Of a stretch of 64,000 nt of DNA, positions 45,845 to 54,781 are shown piece by piece. How positions within the stretch are numbered: the first letter of the stretch is position 1; every line of letters starts with the position of its first letter. The stretch is from positions 64,001 to 128,000 of IMG/VR virus record IMGVR_UViG_3300027804_000039. The stretch is one strand, 5' to 3'. The stretch comes from a virus. The notes under the pieces were generated by a model. The model ran no database searches and had not been told where the DNA came from. It saw nothing but the letters and a program-made list of their open reading frames with translations. Both the position numbers and the translations under genes were made by a program.

Positions 45845-46338
45845 TCATCGAACCTCACGTTGAAGCCTTGCTTCTTACGCTTATTTACAAGTTCGAAGTA
45901 CTCTGGCTTGTAAGGTTTGATTTTAGGTTTGTGGGTATGGGTCTTATCAGCTTTATCAGCATTACATGGACCGCAGGCCGTTACACAGTTTTCCCAAACA
46001 GTCTTACCACCTTTTGAGATTGGATGTACGTGGTCCAGAGTAGAATCTTTACGCTCTACTTCGATACCACAGTACTGGCATGCGCCGCCATCTCGTAGGT
46101 ATACATTACCGCGGCTAAAACGAACGGCATGTTTTGGTTTCATATAATCTCTTAGCATGATAACGCTAGGAACTTGGGTTTCCCAACGGGCAGATCTCAC
46201 GATCCAATTCTCATGCCAAGACAGTACATTGGCCTTATCTAAGACCATGTAACGGATTGCTTCCTGCCAATTGATAGTGCTCAAAGGCAAGTAGCTAACT
46301 GGTTGTCCATCAGCGTTCAAGACTAGAGTGTCTGACAT
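45826..46338 (-). CDS. HNH endonuclease (McrA-like)
   Basis: LVLNA, VYLRDGGACQYCG, TLDHVHPISKGG.TVWENCVTACGPCN..K. Confidence 0.9.
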   Translation of the reverse strand: MSDTLVLNADGQPVSYLPLSTINWQEAIRYMVLDKANVLSWHENWIVRSARWETQVPSVIMLRDYMKPKHAVRFSRGNVYLRDGGACQYCGIEVERKDSTLDHVHPISKGGKTVWENCVTACGPCNADKADKTHTHKPKIKPYKPEYFELVNKRKKQGFNVRFDEWLQYI

Positions 46339-46417
46339 GTTATTTCCTTTTCAGATGTGTTACAGACCCATCCTAAGAGCTTAATTATAAGCTCATATTG
46401 TACTTATGTCAACTGGT

Positions 46418-46966
46418 TTAAGCGAATAGATTTTGGGCAAATTCTAGTCCAGAACGATCAAGGGCTTTGCACCATTGATCCTTTTCGTCCGAACCAAAAA
46501 CCATTTCTTCGTCTGCACTGGCAATGCACCAACTGTGTTGTTCATTCCAGGGCGGAGTTCCTTTGATTTCTGCTGCTAATTGTCCGGGTGCCCAACCGGA
46601 TAATCCTAAAAACATTCTCCACTGCTCAGGAGCATCTCCCATGGCCAATCTTGGAAGAATATCGTCTGCGGAACTTAAACAAAACGTGTCGTCTATTTGT
46701 AAAGTGTTTTTACTAATCCAATCGTTTGTGTGTAATAAGCACAAACTCTTAGTGTTGACAGGTCCGCCTACATAAACAAAACCTGGTACATCAATAGCGA
46801 AGCCTAGTTGGTCTGCAAACTCAACTACGCTTAGATTACTTCTTCTGTTCAGTACTAGACCAACACTACCTTTATTATGATGTTCAGTTATCATGATAAC
46901 TGCTTTGTGCCAGAAGTTTCCCTTTAATGCAGGGGGTGCAATTAAAATGTTGCCGGTTAAGTTCAT
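46418..46966 (-). CDS. YqgE/AlgH family protein
   Basis: ILIAPP, GSVGLVLNR, YVGGPV, LGLSGWAPGQL..EI...SW; start MNLTG at 46966 right after TAAATA. Confidence 0.85.
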   Translation of the reverse strand: MNLTGNILIAPPALKGNFWHKAVIMITEHHNKGSVGLVLNRRSNLSVVEFADQLGFAIDVPGFVYVGGPVNTKSLCLLHTNDWISKNTLQIDDTFCLSSADDILPRLAMGDAPEQWRMFLGLSGWAPGQLAAEIKGTPPWNEQHSWCIASADEEMVFGSDEKDQWCKALDRSGLEFAQNLFA

Positions 46967-46979
46967 GAAATATTTATTT

Positions 46980-47666
46980 TTACTTGCTATAGAGGTGAGC
47001 TTCTTTGGCACGTTGTCTTGCTTTGTTCTCTGCATCTCTTGGACGTTCAAAATGTTTACAGAACCAGTAAGTTGCTTCTTCTGGTGAATTAAATTTCATA
47101 GCTGCGAATGCAGGACCTTTTCCTATTGAAGACGATAGTGCAAAGTCTATCTGTCCCTTCCAGTTGGTTTGCCACTTGCCTGGCCCACCACAAGCTTCTA
47201 CCATTGAACTAAAAAATCCTTTGCCGCTAAAGGTTGCATCATGAAACATAAACAACCCGCCACTAGGACCTTGACTGGCATCACTGTGTACCCAACGCCC
47301 TGGTTGCCAACCACTTTCCCATTTGCAGTTTACTACCATAGCAACAGCATGATTAAAACTTAATTTGCTTGCGATGTAAGAACGCATCTCTCGCCAATCA
47401 ATCTTATCTTTAGAGCTAGGACCGTATTGTTTCATTTGTGCAGGTGTTGCTCCAACAGGTGTATATCCGTTTGAAACAGTTGACGATGACTTGTTTATCG
47501 TAGCATCACCTGGTTTGTTTGTTGGCTTGTTTGTTGGCTCACTGTTTGTTTTATCGTCTGATGTTGGAAGTTTTGGAAGGCCAAGCGATGCCAGGCCGCC
47601 TTTGTCAGTACCAATCAACATTTTTACGAATGTATCAAAGTTTTCGTTAAACTCGTTAAATCTCAT
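46980..47666 (-). CDS. Phage tail lysozyme-like (Phage_lysozyme2) protein
   Basis: AVAMVVNCKWESG, GGLFMFH, QIDFAL, EATYWFCKHFERP. Confidence 0.65.
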   Translation of the reverse strand: MRFNEFNENFDTFVKMLIGTDKGGLASLGLPKLPTSDDKTNSEPTNKPTNKPGDATINKSSSTVSNGYTPVGATPAQMKQYGPSSKDKIDWREMRSYIASKLSFNHAVAMVVNCKWESGWQPGRWVHSDASQGPSGGLFMFHDATFSGKGFFSSMVEACGGPGKWQTNWKGQIDFALSSSIGKGPAFAAMKFNSPEEATYWFCKHFERPRDAENKARQRAKEAHLYSK

Positions 47667-47669
47667 AAT

Positions 47670-48218
47670 TTATCCAACATTTTTCATAGGGTCAACGGGT
47701 TTACCCGCAATATACTTTGACCAGTGTAAGTGTGGACCTGTGCTGTATCCTGTGTTGCCACTTAGACCAACTACTTGTCCTTTCTTAACTTTTTCTCCAG
47801 GCTTTACTTTAACTTGACTTAGGTGCATTAACTTGTGTTGAGCGTTGCTAGAATTGATAGCAACCATGATGCCTGCATCACCACCCCAACCTGCTTGCCA
47901 CACAACTCCATCGTCTGGAGCAACGACAGGAGTCCCGATAGGAACAGCAAAGTCTGTACCGTAATGCATGCCACTAGCTCTTCTACCAAAGCCACTGCTT
48001 ATAGGACCTTTAACTGGTAATCCACTTTTTATATCTGTTCTAATTTGCGGTGTAGTTTTACTGTCAGGATTAAACGGATTATTATCAAACTCAGTAGACT
48101 GAGGTTGTGTTGGTTTATCTACAGGTGCAAACGCACCAAAGCCAACTTTTCCATTTCCAATCAAGGCCTGAACAAAGCTGTCGTAATTTTCTGCAATTGA
48201 AAATTCTTTAAAGCGCAT
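47670..48218 (-). CDS. M23 family peptidase
   Basis: ISSGFG.R, HYGTDF (HxxxD), GNTGYSTGPHLH. Confidence 0.9.
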   Translation of the reverse strand: MRFKEFSIAENYDSFVQALIGNGKVGFGAFAPVDKPTQPQSTEFDNNPFNPDSKTTPQIRTDIKSGLPVKGPISSGFGRRASGMHYGTDFAVPIGTPVVAPDDGVVWQAGWGGDAGIMVAINSSNAQHKLMHLSQVKVKPGEKVKKGQVVGLSGNTGYSTGPHLHWSKYIAGKPVDPMKNVG

Positions 48219-49060
48219 TATTGTCCCTTGCGTGTTCCGTAGTCTGGAAGTGGACCACCGTACTTACGTCCCTTAATACGCTTGCCGCCAACTTTAATTC
48301 GAACCTTTCTCTCACCCGCTGTAATCAAATGACTCTTCTCACCGTCACGAGCACGTAGTCCCTGGCTCTTACACGATGCCAAGTTACTTGCTCCTAAATC
48401 CTCGTCTGGTGTTGAACTTTTGCAAAGTTGTCGACTGGCCTTTTCTAAAACTGTTTCCATTTCGGCAATATCCATCATCTTGCCTTTGTGCTTTGTATCG
48501 CCTTGCTTGGCAGCTTTCTTTTTATCTTTGTGTGCGCCTGCACCTGTATTGATAGCATTCTTAGCTACAAAGTTACGTGGCTTAGGTGCTTCTTGTTTTT
48601 GTGTTTTGCTTTCTTCTACACTTTCATTTGGCACACAGTTACGCACGGTCTTACCATTCTTGCCCTTCTTAGTGCCGGCAGCATGATATCCAGACCAGCA
48701 CTTGGTAAAACCGTTACTGTCCTTCTGGCCTTTCTTGATTTCGTCTAACTGCTGTTCTAACTGTTGAATATCCTCTTCACAGTTCCAACGGCGTAGTGCT
48801 TTTGCTTTAGGAGTTGGGCGGCCTTTTTCGTCCTTCATAGGGCCTTTATTGCCTGACATACGAGCACAGAAGCTCTTGCGGCGTTTGGCGGCTTTACTAC
48901 CTTTCTTCAGCTTACTTGGTTTAGTAGTAACCGCTGTTTGTAGTTTACTGCCAGGGTTTTCGCGACGGTATGCATTTACAGCTTTTTGGCTTAGTCCGTC
49001 TGTTTTATCTTTTTTGTTGACCTTGTTCCAGTCTTCGTTTAGGATATCTTTTGCTCTCAT
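48218..49060 (-). CDS. Lys/Arg-rich modular late protein
   Basis: Several short basic, Cys-containing modules; late box 49082-49087. Confidence 0.65.
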   Translation of the reverse strand: MRAKDILNEDWNKVNKKDKTDGLSQKAVNAYRRENPGSKLQTAVTTKPSKLKKGSKAAKRRKSFCARMSGNKGPMKDEKGRPTPKAKALRRWNCEEDIQQLEQQLDEIKKGQKDSNGFTKCWSGYHAAGTKKGKNGKTVRNCVPNESVEESKTQKQEAPKPRNFVAKNAINTGAGAHKDKKKAAKQGDTKHKGKMMDIAEMETVLEKASRQLCKSSTPDEDLGASNLASCKSQGLRARDGEKSHLITAGERKVRIKVGGKRIKGRKYGGPLPDYGTRKGQ

Positions 49061-49093
49061 AGTACTGCCCAGTTAATACTATATTTATTAGTA

Positions 49094-49912
49094 TTACTGA
49101 GCAAGGTACTCAAATACATTGAGCCATTTACGTTTGCCTATGGTAGCTTTTAAATTAGTCAAATCTGCTTTAGTTTTGTGTCTAAAGCGGTTTTTCTCTT
49201 CGTCTGGGACGGGTACGAACTCAATAGGTACACCTTCTTGTTCTGCTATCTCTTCAGCAATATCTAAGAAGCTGTGGGCAAGGCCGCTACCAACATTCCA
49301 TATTCCAGACCCATTAACTTGTTTAATGAAGTCAATGTGTAGACGGCAAATATCACCAGCGTAAGTCCAATCACGGTAAACATGTTCTGCGTTCTCCCAT
49401 ACGGTTATCTTACCTTCTTTGCGAGCTTGTGTGCGCCACTTGTGTATAGCATTTGCTCTACGTCCTCTGAGATGCATCCAGCGTCCGTAGGCGTTAAAAT
49501 AACGGAACCCTTGCACCATTATAGTAAATTTTTGTTGAAACACCCAACGATCAAATAGATACTTGCTCCAAGCATAAGGAGTCTGTGGATGACAAGCAGC
49601 ATGTTCACTAAAGTTGTTGGTGTCTCCGTAGACTGAGCTTGAACTTGCGTATTGTAAATGTGTTCCATGATGATTGCACTCGTTGAACAACCACTGACTA
49701 AACTCGTAGTTCTGTTTCATAACTAGATCTACATCTGTTTCAGTCATGTCAGCAATAGCACCTAGGTGTATTACCCATTGGTACTTAGAAACGTCTGGCA
49801 AGTCGTTAGGATCGTATTCCCATCCTTCGACTTGCCATCCTTCCTCTTGGTTAAGCCACGTAGTCATGTTCCTGCCCAGGAACCCTTCGTGACCAGTTAC
49901 TAGGACTTTCAT
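49094..49912 (-). CDS. NAD-dependent epimerase, ADP-L-glycero-D-manno-heptose 6-epimerase (HldD/RfaD)-like
   Basis: VTGHEGFLG, HLGAI, YASSSSVYG, YAWSK, FRYFNAYG, RDWTY, NVGSG. Confidence 0.8.
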   Translation of the reverse strand: MKVLVTGHEGFLGRNMTTWLNQEEGWQVEGWEYDPNDLPDVSKYQWVIHLGAIADMTETDVDLVMKQNYEFSQWLFNECNHHGTHLQYASSSSVYGDTNNFSEHAACHPQTPYAWSKYLFDRWVFQQKFTIMVQGFRYFNAYGRWMHLRGRRANAIHKWRTQARKEGKITVWENAEHVYRDWTYAGDICRLHIDFIKQVNGSGIWNVGSGLAHSFLDIAEEIAEQEGVPIEFVPVPDEEKNRFRHKTKADLTNLKATIGKRKWLNVFEYLAQ

Positions 49913-49920
49913 GTAACTAT

Positions 49921-50340
49921 TTACTTCCGATAGTCCTCATTAATGATAGTTTTCTTAGCATGACAAACAAAGCACAAACTGCGGACGTTTTCTTTAGAAT
50001 CGTCTCCACCGTCTGCTTGCCTGTGTTGGTGATCTCCATGCATAAGAACCCGGGCTACTCTGCGTTTCACCATTTCGTCTTCAATATCTGCTAGACGAGG
50101 ATCTTCTAACGCATTGTAACCGCACTCGTCACATACCCAGTTCCTATGGAATGTATGCGGACGATCAATTCGACCCATGCCTCCATATTCACGTTGCATG
50201 ATTTGGTGCTCTCTACATAGCACATCGCTACCAGGACCCTCAAATTGACTGACGGGCTCTCCGCAGACTTTACAGACTTTGCCTAAGTCGCGTTTCATTT
50301 GAGCAGGATTTTTAACTACATCGAATTTATAGTCTCTCAT
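49921..50340 (-). CDS. Zinc-binding HNH endonuclease
   Basis: CxxC pairs; GDHQH..ADGGDDSKENVRSLCFVCHAKKT. Confidence 0.75.
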   Translation of the reverse strand: MRDYKFDVVKNPAQMKRDLGKVCKVCGEPVSQFEGPGSDVLCREHQIMQREYGGMGRIDRPHTFHRNWVCDECGYNALEDPRLADIEDEMVKRRVARVLMHGDHQHRQADGGDDSKENVRSLCFVCHAKKTIINEDYRK

Positions 50341-50343
50341 AGT

Positions 50344-51501
50344 TTACTCCAAATCCGAAGCCATTGGTCTATAAGGGCTATTGCTATCTGATGTAGGAAC
50401 AGCTTTAGTCATACTCTTCTTGAGTTGTGCAACCATGTAAGGGAAACCATGCACTGGCTCTTTCTTAAACTTGCCTGGATAGACAGAACTAGAAAAGTTG
50501 TTATGCCAGTTATGATATGCTCGACTTGCTTTAATCCAGAATGTGCCGTTAGGATCAAACTCGCATTTCCAATGCTTATTAATTGTGTTATACAATTCTT
50601 TCACATAAGCATCGTCGATTTGAACATTGCACAGACGAGCACGTTCAAAGAAGTGTGCCATCATCACAAGTTCTTTTTCCTCTACAGGACGTTGTAGTTG
50701 TGTTGCCAACATCAGATACTTTGACAACCACTTAACGCTTTCTGGCATGAGCTTGTTAATTTCATTCAAACGACTAATTGCACCTGGTTCTTCATGGTCG
50801 TTGAACTTTTTAGCAGTGACGAACAAGCCGTATTGTTCTATGTAGCGTTGCTTTTCTTCTGTGGCAATCCATGCAGGATTCTTTGCGCCATCGATGCGTA
50901 CACCAAAAATCATTTGTTGCCACAAGTCAATGGCCTCGAGCATCTTTTTGCCTTCTTTACTGTTAAGACTAATAAAGTTAGCTCGCATTTCGGCTTTAAG
51001 GTTACTATGGTATAGGTTTACCGGAACGTAAATCTTATCAAAGTCTTCTTCAAATAATTGGGTAGCAATGAGCCAAAGTAATACTATAGTATGCTGCCCG
51101 TCCCAAGCTAGATATTCTTCTTTTTGGGCGTCTGGACGATACACTTGAATTGGCACAACCATAGTGCTGGCAAATTGATTAAGAAGTTTTAGTACCCAAA
51201 AAATATCCAATTGACGTTGCATTGTACCGTCAATCTTAATACAACTCATAATGACCATTTTGGCTTCTGCCAAATTCAAGTCTTTCCAAGTTTTATAATG
51301 GGGATTGCGTCGACGGAATTCTGCTTTTGCTTGTTCAAGCAAATTGTCGACAATTTCTTTGTTATACGCTGACAGGTCTTTGTATGTTTCGTCCCATCGT
51401 TGTTTGATAGAACGAACATGACTCTTAGTGCTAGAGTATTGTGCGTTTTTAATTGCGGCGGCAGTCTTCACAGCCGTATTGAGGGTTTGTAAATTCATCA
51501 T
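50344..51501 (-). CDS. Hypothetical protein with ParB/Srx-like motif
   Basis: IDGTMQR...YLAWDGQHT; AAGGA SD. Confidence 0.5.
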   Translation of the reverse strand: MMNLQTLNTAVKTAAAIKNAQYSSTKSHVRSIKQRWDETYKDLSAYNKEIVDNLLEQAKAEFRRRNPHYKTWKDLNLAEAKMVIMSCIKIDGTMQRQLDIFWVLKLLNQFASTMVVPIQVYRPDAQKEEYLAWDGQHTIVLLWLIATQLFEEDFDKIYVPVNLYHSNLKAEMRANFISLNSKEGKKMLEAIDLWQQMIFGVRIDGAKNPAWIATEEKQRYIEQYGLFVTAKKFNDHEEPGAISRLNEINKLMPESVKWLSKYLMLATQLQRPVEEKELVMMAHFFERARLCNVQIDDAYVKELYNTINKHWKCEFDPNGTFWIKASRAYHNWHNNFSSSVYPGKFKKEPVHGFPYMVAQLKKSMTKAVPTSDSNSPYRPMASDLE

Positions 51502-51564
51502 TATATGTCCTTTCTAAACGGTTTGATGATTAATCCGTTCGACGCATTGTCGTCCGGTATGCTA

Positions 51565-51593
51565 ATTGTATTGCCGAAGCAATCGAGTGTCAA
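51565..51593 (-). promoter_or_regulatory. sigma70-type promoter
   Basis: TTGACA-17 nt-TACAAT. Confidence 0.75.
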
Positions 51594-52738
51594 GTCTTTT
51601 TAAAGATATAGATGCCTTCAAACTTTTCGACTTTGTCCATTTTGCCGTTACCTACGCCGGGGCGTGTGTTCAGCATCATTTGTACTGTTTCTTTGTATTC
51701 AAATCCGCACTTCTTAGACAGCTCTAGCCAACGTTCTACAATTTGGAACTGTGTTTTGTTTACACGATAGTCGGCTATGTTTACAGCATATAATCCGTCT
51801 TGTGCTAGGCCTTTGTGTAACATTTTAAGTGTTGGCTCTACATATAATTCAAACCACGCATCTACATTGTCACACTTATTCATACATTGTGTAGGTTCGT
51901 CACAATATGTTTCTAAGTTAAAGTAAGGAGGGCTACTAAATGCAGCATCATATGCACCTGCTTCAGGATCAAAGTCTTCTGATACAGTATGGTGCATTTC
52001 ATACGTTGTACCAATAGTATCGTTAATTAAATCGCCTAGAGCAACTAACCCGTTATATGTTTTGGTATTTGGATCTATACCTGTGTAGTGATATCGCATG
52101 TTGCTAGTCATAGCACCAATCATGCGGCCACCATATCCACTACTAAAGTCTAGCACACGGCCCCACATGGTAGGACAAATATATTCCCAAATGGCTTTGG
52201 CATTTAATGGTTTGAAGTTTTGTATTGTGCCACCATTGGTCAATTCCAATGCACGGCGTATATTTTGTGGAATAACTGCTTTGTCGCCTTCATCCCTGTG
52301 CTGGTAACAAATCTTAATAGCACGTTTGAGCTTTGAGTCGTTATGGAAACGACTGTCCAAACTTACATTTCTTGCACCTAGTGTATAGGCTTCCTGCATA
52401 TTAGGAAACCAAAAGCGGCAGAAACTTAATCCGCCTGTAGCACCTACACTGATGCGTCCGTTCCTAACTTCTGTGTGTTGTTGATTGACTGTGCGAATCT
52501 CTTGTTCGCATCCTTGTTCATTAAAATAGAATATTGGAAGTATGTCTTTTGCTCTATAGATATCAAATACTTCTTGTTCTAATTGTTTGCGGCCTAGTTC
52601 GTCTCTAGATAGCCATTCTTGTTTTGAACAGCTAATAAGTTTATCCATAACATCTTCGTATCCAGTTGAAGATGCGTCAGTTGAATTGAAGTTCCAACTG
52701 TTTGAAAGGTAGTTATGGTAACTCTTCCAACTAGTCAT
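51590..52738 (-). CDS. DNA amino-methyltransferase (N4-C/N6-A)
   Basis: RVLDFSSGYGGR (SAM motif I), FSSPPYFNLE (motif IV). Confidence 0.85.
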   Translation of the reverse strand: MTSWKSYHNYLSNSWNFNSTDASSTGYEDVMDKLISCSKQEWLSRDELGRKQLEQEVFDIYRAKDILPIFYFNEQGCEQEIRTVNQQHTEVRNGRISVGATGGLSFCRFWFPNMQEAYTLGARNVSLDSRFHNDSKLKRAIKICYQHRDEGDKAVIPQNIRRALELTNGGTIQNFKPLNAKAIWEYICPTMWGRVLDFSSGYGGRMIGAMTSNMRYHYTGIDPNTKTYNGLVALGDLINDTIGTTYEMHHTVSEDFDPEAGAYDAAFSSPPYFNLETYCDEPTQCMNKCDNVDAWFELYVEPTLKMLHKGLAQDGLYAVNIADYRVNKTQFQIVERWLELSKKCGFEYKETVQMMLNTRPGVGNGKMDKVEKFEGIYIFKKT

Positions 52739-52920
52739 TATCTAGATTCTGGTAGTTGTCTAAATCTAGATAAGAAGGCTTCTTGTCTACAAGAGTGCTC
52801 TTGTAATGTACGTGTGTTGATGTATTCTACCCAAGGATCGTTTTCGTCATTCTTATTGAAAATAGCCTTGATTTTAAAAACAGTGCCTTCATTTCCGCTG
52901 TACAAATCATTTAATTTCAT
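52738..52920 (-). CDS. Small hypothetical protein
   Basis: Coupled to neighbours; CRQEAFLSRF. Confidence 0.55.
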   Translation of the reverse strand: MKLNDLYSGNEGTVFKIKAIFNKNDENDPWVEYINTRTLQEHSCRQEAFLSRFRQLPESR

Positions 52921-53207
52921 TATAACATCCTAATCAAACCAATAGTGTCAATGGTTGTCAACAAGAGGTAGTTAGCCAGCATGCCAAACGATTTCCTAGT
53001 ATAAGCAGCCCAGCCGTACATGGCACAGCCAGCAATCCAAATAGGATAGAGTACCAAAAGTGGTGGATTGGGTACCGTAGCGGCCATAGTGATGCTACAA
53101 CCGATGCTGATAGCCCAAGCAAGCAGCTCAACAACAAAACGAAAAGGACTACTGCGCCAGTCATCTTTTATCCAATCTAATGTGGGTTTAAAAATTGTAT
53201 CGATCAT
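52920..53207 (-). CDS. Small membrane protein
   Basis: Three hydrophobic segments. Confidence 0.65.
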   Translation of the reverse strand: MIDTIFKPTLDWIKDDWRSSPFRFVVELLAWAISIGCSITMAATVPNPPLLVLYPIWIAGCAMYGWAAYTRKSFGMLANYLLLTTIDTIGLIRML

Positions 53208-53218
53208 AGTGTAGTTAT

Positions 53219-53247
53219 TAAAAAAGCCCCAACCTGTGGGGCTTTTT
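53219..53247. terminator. Rho-independent terminator
   Basis: AAAAAGCCCC-7 nt-GGGGCTTTTT. Confidence 0.8.
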
Positions 53248-53275
53248 GACTTTGGGATAGGCCTACCCTCTTCAA

Positions 53276-53548
53276 TTAAAGAGTGATACCCATTGCCTTT
53301 GCTTTGTAGCCTAATGCTACGATTTCACGTGAAGGCTTACCCATAACATACTCAGTTACTGTAACACCGTTACCTGCTGTGCGGCTGTTGGTGTAAACTG
53401 CATAACCGTTTGAACGGATGCGGCTTGCTTCAGCAGCTAGGTTCTTTACACCGAAACGCTTTGCGGCTTGTGCGGCAGTTAGCTTTTCGCCATTGTAAAG
53501 TGCGGTAAAAACTTTGTATGTCTTAGTCTCTGGGTTAAAATATTTCAT
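53276..53548 (-). CDS. Helix-turn-helix protein (conserved in T4-like phages)
   Basis: LTAAQAAKRFGVKNLAAEASRIRSNGYAVY; AGAGGA SD. Confidence 0.6.
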   Translation of the reverse strand: MKYFNPETKTYKVFTALYNGEKLTAAQAAKRFGVKNLAAEASRIRSNGYAVYTNSRTAGNGVTVTEYVMGKPSREIVALGYKAKAMGITL

Positions 53549-53617
53549 TTTATTATTTCCTCTTTTAGTTTATGCTGAAATCTATCAGCTAAAAATAGTA
53601 TATAATAACTAGGAATA

Positions 53618-53977
53618 TTAAACAAGTTCTTTGGCAGGATCGCCGTGAGGAATTAAGCCAAAAAACTTCTTACCAGGAAATCGTTTTTGGGCTTGTTCCA
53701 ATAACTCTGGGAGGGATTTGCCTTGTGCAACAAATTGGTCTGTGTCTTTGATGAACGCATAAAGTTCGTCACCGTGTCTTTCAATTTGAAGTTCGGTACC
53801 GTTTTTCTGTTCGTCAATTTCTGATTCTTCTTTTTTATTAATATTCTTAATTTCTTGCAGAAGTTTAATAAAATGGTCTGGGTCGTTGCCTAGTCTGGAT
53901 AGGATAGTAACACCACGTGAAATCCAACCAGCCCAAAAGCCCAGTGCAATGATAACCAAAGTAGTCAAAAGTTCCAT
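53618..53977 (-). CDS. Hypothetical protein with N-terminal TM helix
   Basis: AAGGAG SD; FVAQGKS..EL...RFP. Confidence 0.6.
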   Translation of the reverse strand: MELLTTLVIIALGFWAGWISRGVTILSRLGNDPDHFIKLLQEIKNINKKEESEIDEQKNGTELQIERHGDELYAFIKDTDQFVAQGKSLPELLEQAQKRFPGKKFFGLIPHGDPAKELV

Positions 53978-54002
53978 AAGGATTCTCCTTGTGTACGTTA
54001 GA

Positions 54003-54332
54003 TTATTTAATCAATTCCAAGTTCAAAATCTTTGCTACTCTAGCACCCACATCTTCTCCGCTAGGAATAACATACGTTTGGCTATCGTGTCTGTCTGTAC
54101 GAGTGTCATATCTGCGTACATTAAGAATTCGTCCGCCTACTGCTGTAGACAACTCAAAAGTAATACGATCCTCGCCCTCGGCGCGGCCCTTTTCGATTGC
54201 CATTGCTGTTCCCACTTGTAATCCCCTATGTGCTTTCGTTTTGTTAATGTAAATGTCTTCTTCGTATTTTTGGCTATTGTCCCACATATTACGAACTTTG
54301 CCGTATAGCCAACGATCAAACCACTTCATCAT
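54003..54332 (-). CDS. Hypothetical protein
   Basis: AGGAGA SD; AVGGRIL.V..YD. Confidence 0.6.
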   Translation of the reverse strand: MMKWFDRWLYGKVRNMWDNSQKYEEDIYINKTKAHRGLQVGTAMAIEKGRAEGEDRITFELSTAVGGRILNVRRYDTRTDRHDSQTYVIPSGEDVGARVAKILNLELIK

Positions 54333-54522
54333 CGGGCTCTCCTACAGGCTTTTCAATTCCAATTTTGCCTCGGCCCATGGCAATGTTAGCAAGGATTTGT
54401 GTCTTGCCTTCAATCCATTGTTGTTCAGTTAGTGAATGTAAACCGATACACTTACCTGTTGGACTGCGGCCACATCCGCATTTACCAAATTCCTCTGTAT
54501 TCTCAGTTGCTCTTACTTGCAT
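54316..54522 (-). CDS. CDGSH-like iron-sulfur/zinc finger small protein
   Basis: CGCGRSPTGKCIGLH (C-x-C-x2-S-x4-C-x-G-x-H); GGAGG SD. Confidence 0.55.
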   Translation of the reverse strand: MQVRATENTEEFGKCGCGRSPTGKCIGLHSLTEQQWIEGKTQILANIAMGRGKIGIEKPVGEPDDEVV

Positions 54523-54781
54523 TATCTGCCTCCTTAATAGTGTTGAACAAATTTGCTTTTTGTTCTTTAAACTTCTTCCAACTTGCCCTAATTGAATCTA
54601 TAAGAAACCATTTGGTCATATAAAGAAACGGAACCATAATTGTAAAGATAAAAATATATCTCGAAACTTCATCTGTCCTTGCGGCGGTGAAGCCCATTAA
54701 GAAAAAGTTCACAATAAAAATCTTTTGCCAAAACTCTAGTTTTGAATACTGCCATTTAACAAACAACCAAACGTCTTTCAT
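54503..54781 (-). CDS. Small membrane protein
   Basis: Two TM segments. Confidence 0.55.
   Translation of the reverse strand: MKDVWLFVKWQYSKLEFWQKIFIVNFFLMGFTAARTDEVSRYIFIFTIMVPFLYMTKWFLIDSIRASWKKFKEQKANLFNTIKEADNASKSN

Noticed and set aside
45826-50340. The two HNH genes as mobile homing elements
   Set aside because: They could be, but no intron, target duplication or insertion signature is visible, and 45826 resembles the bacterial McrA-like family.
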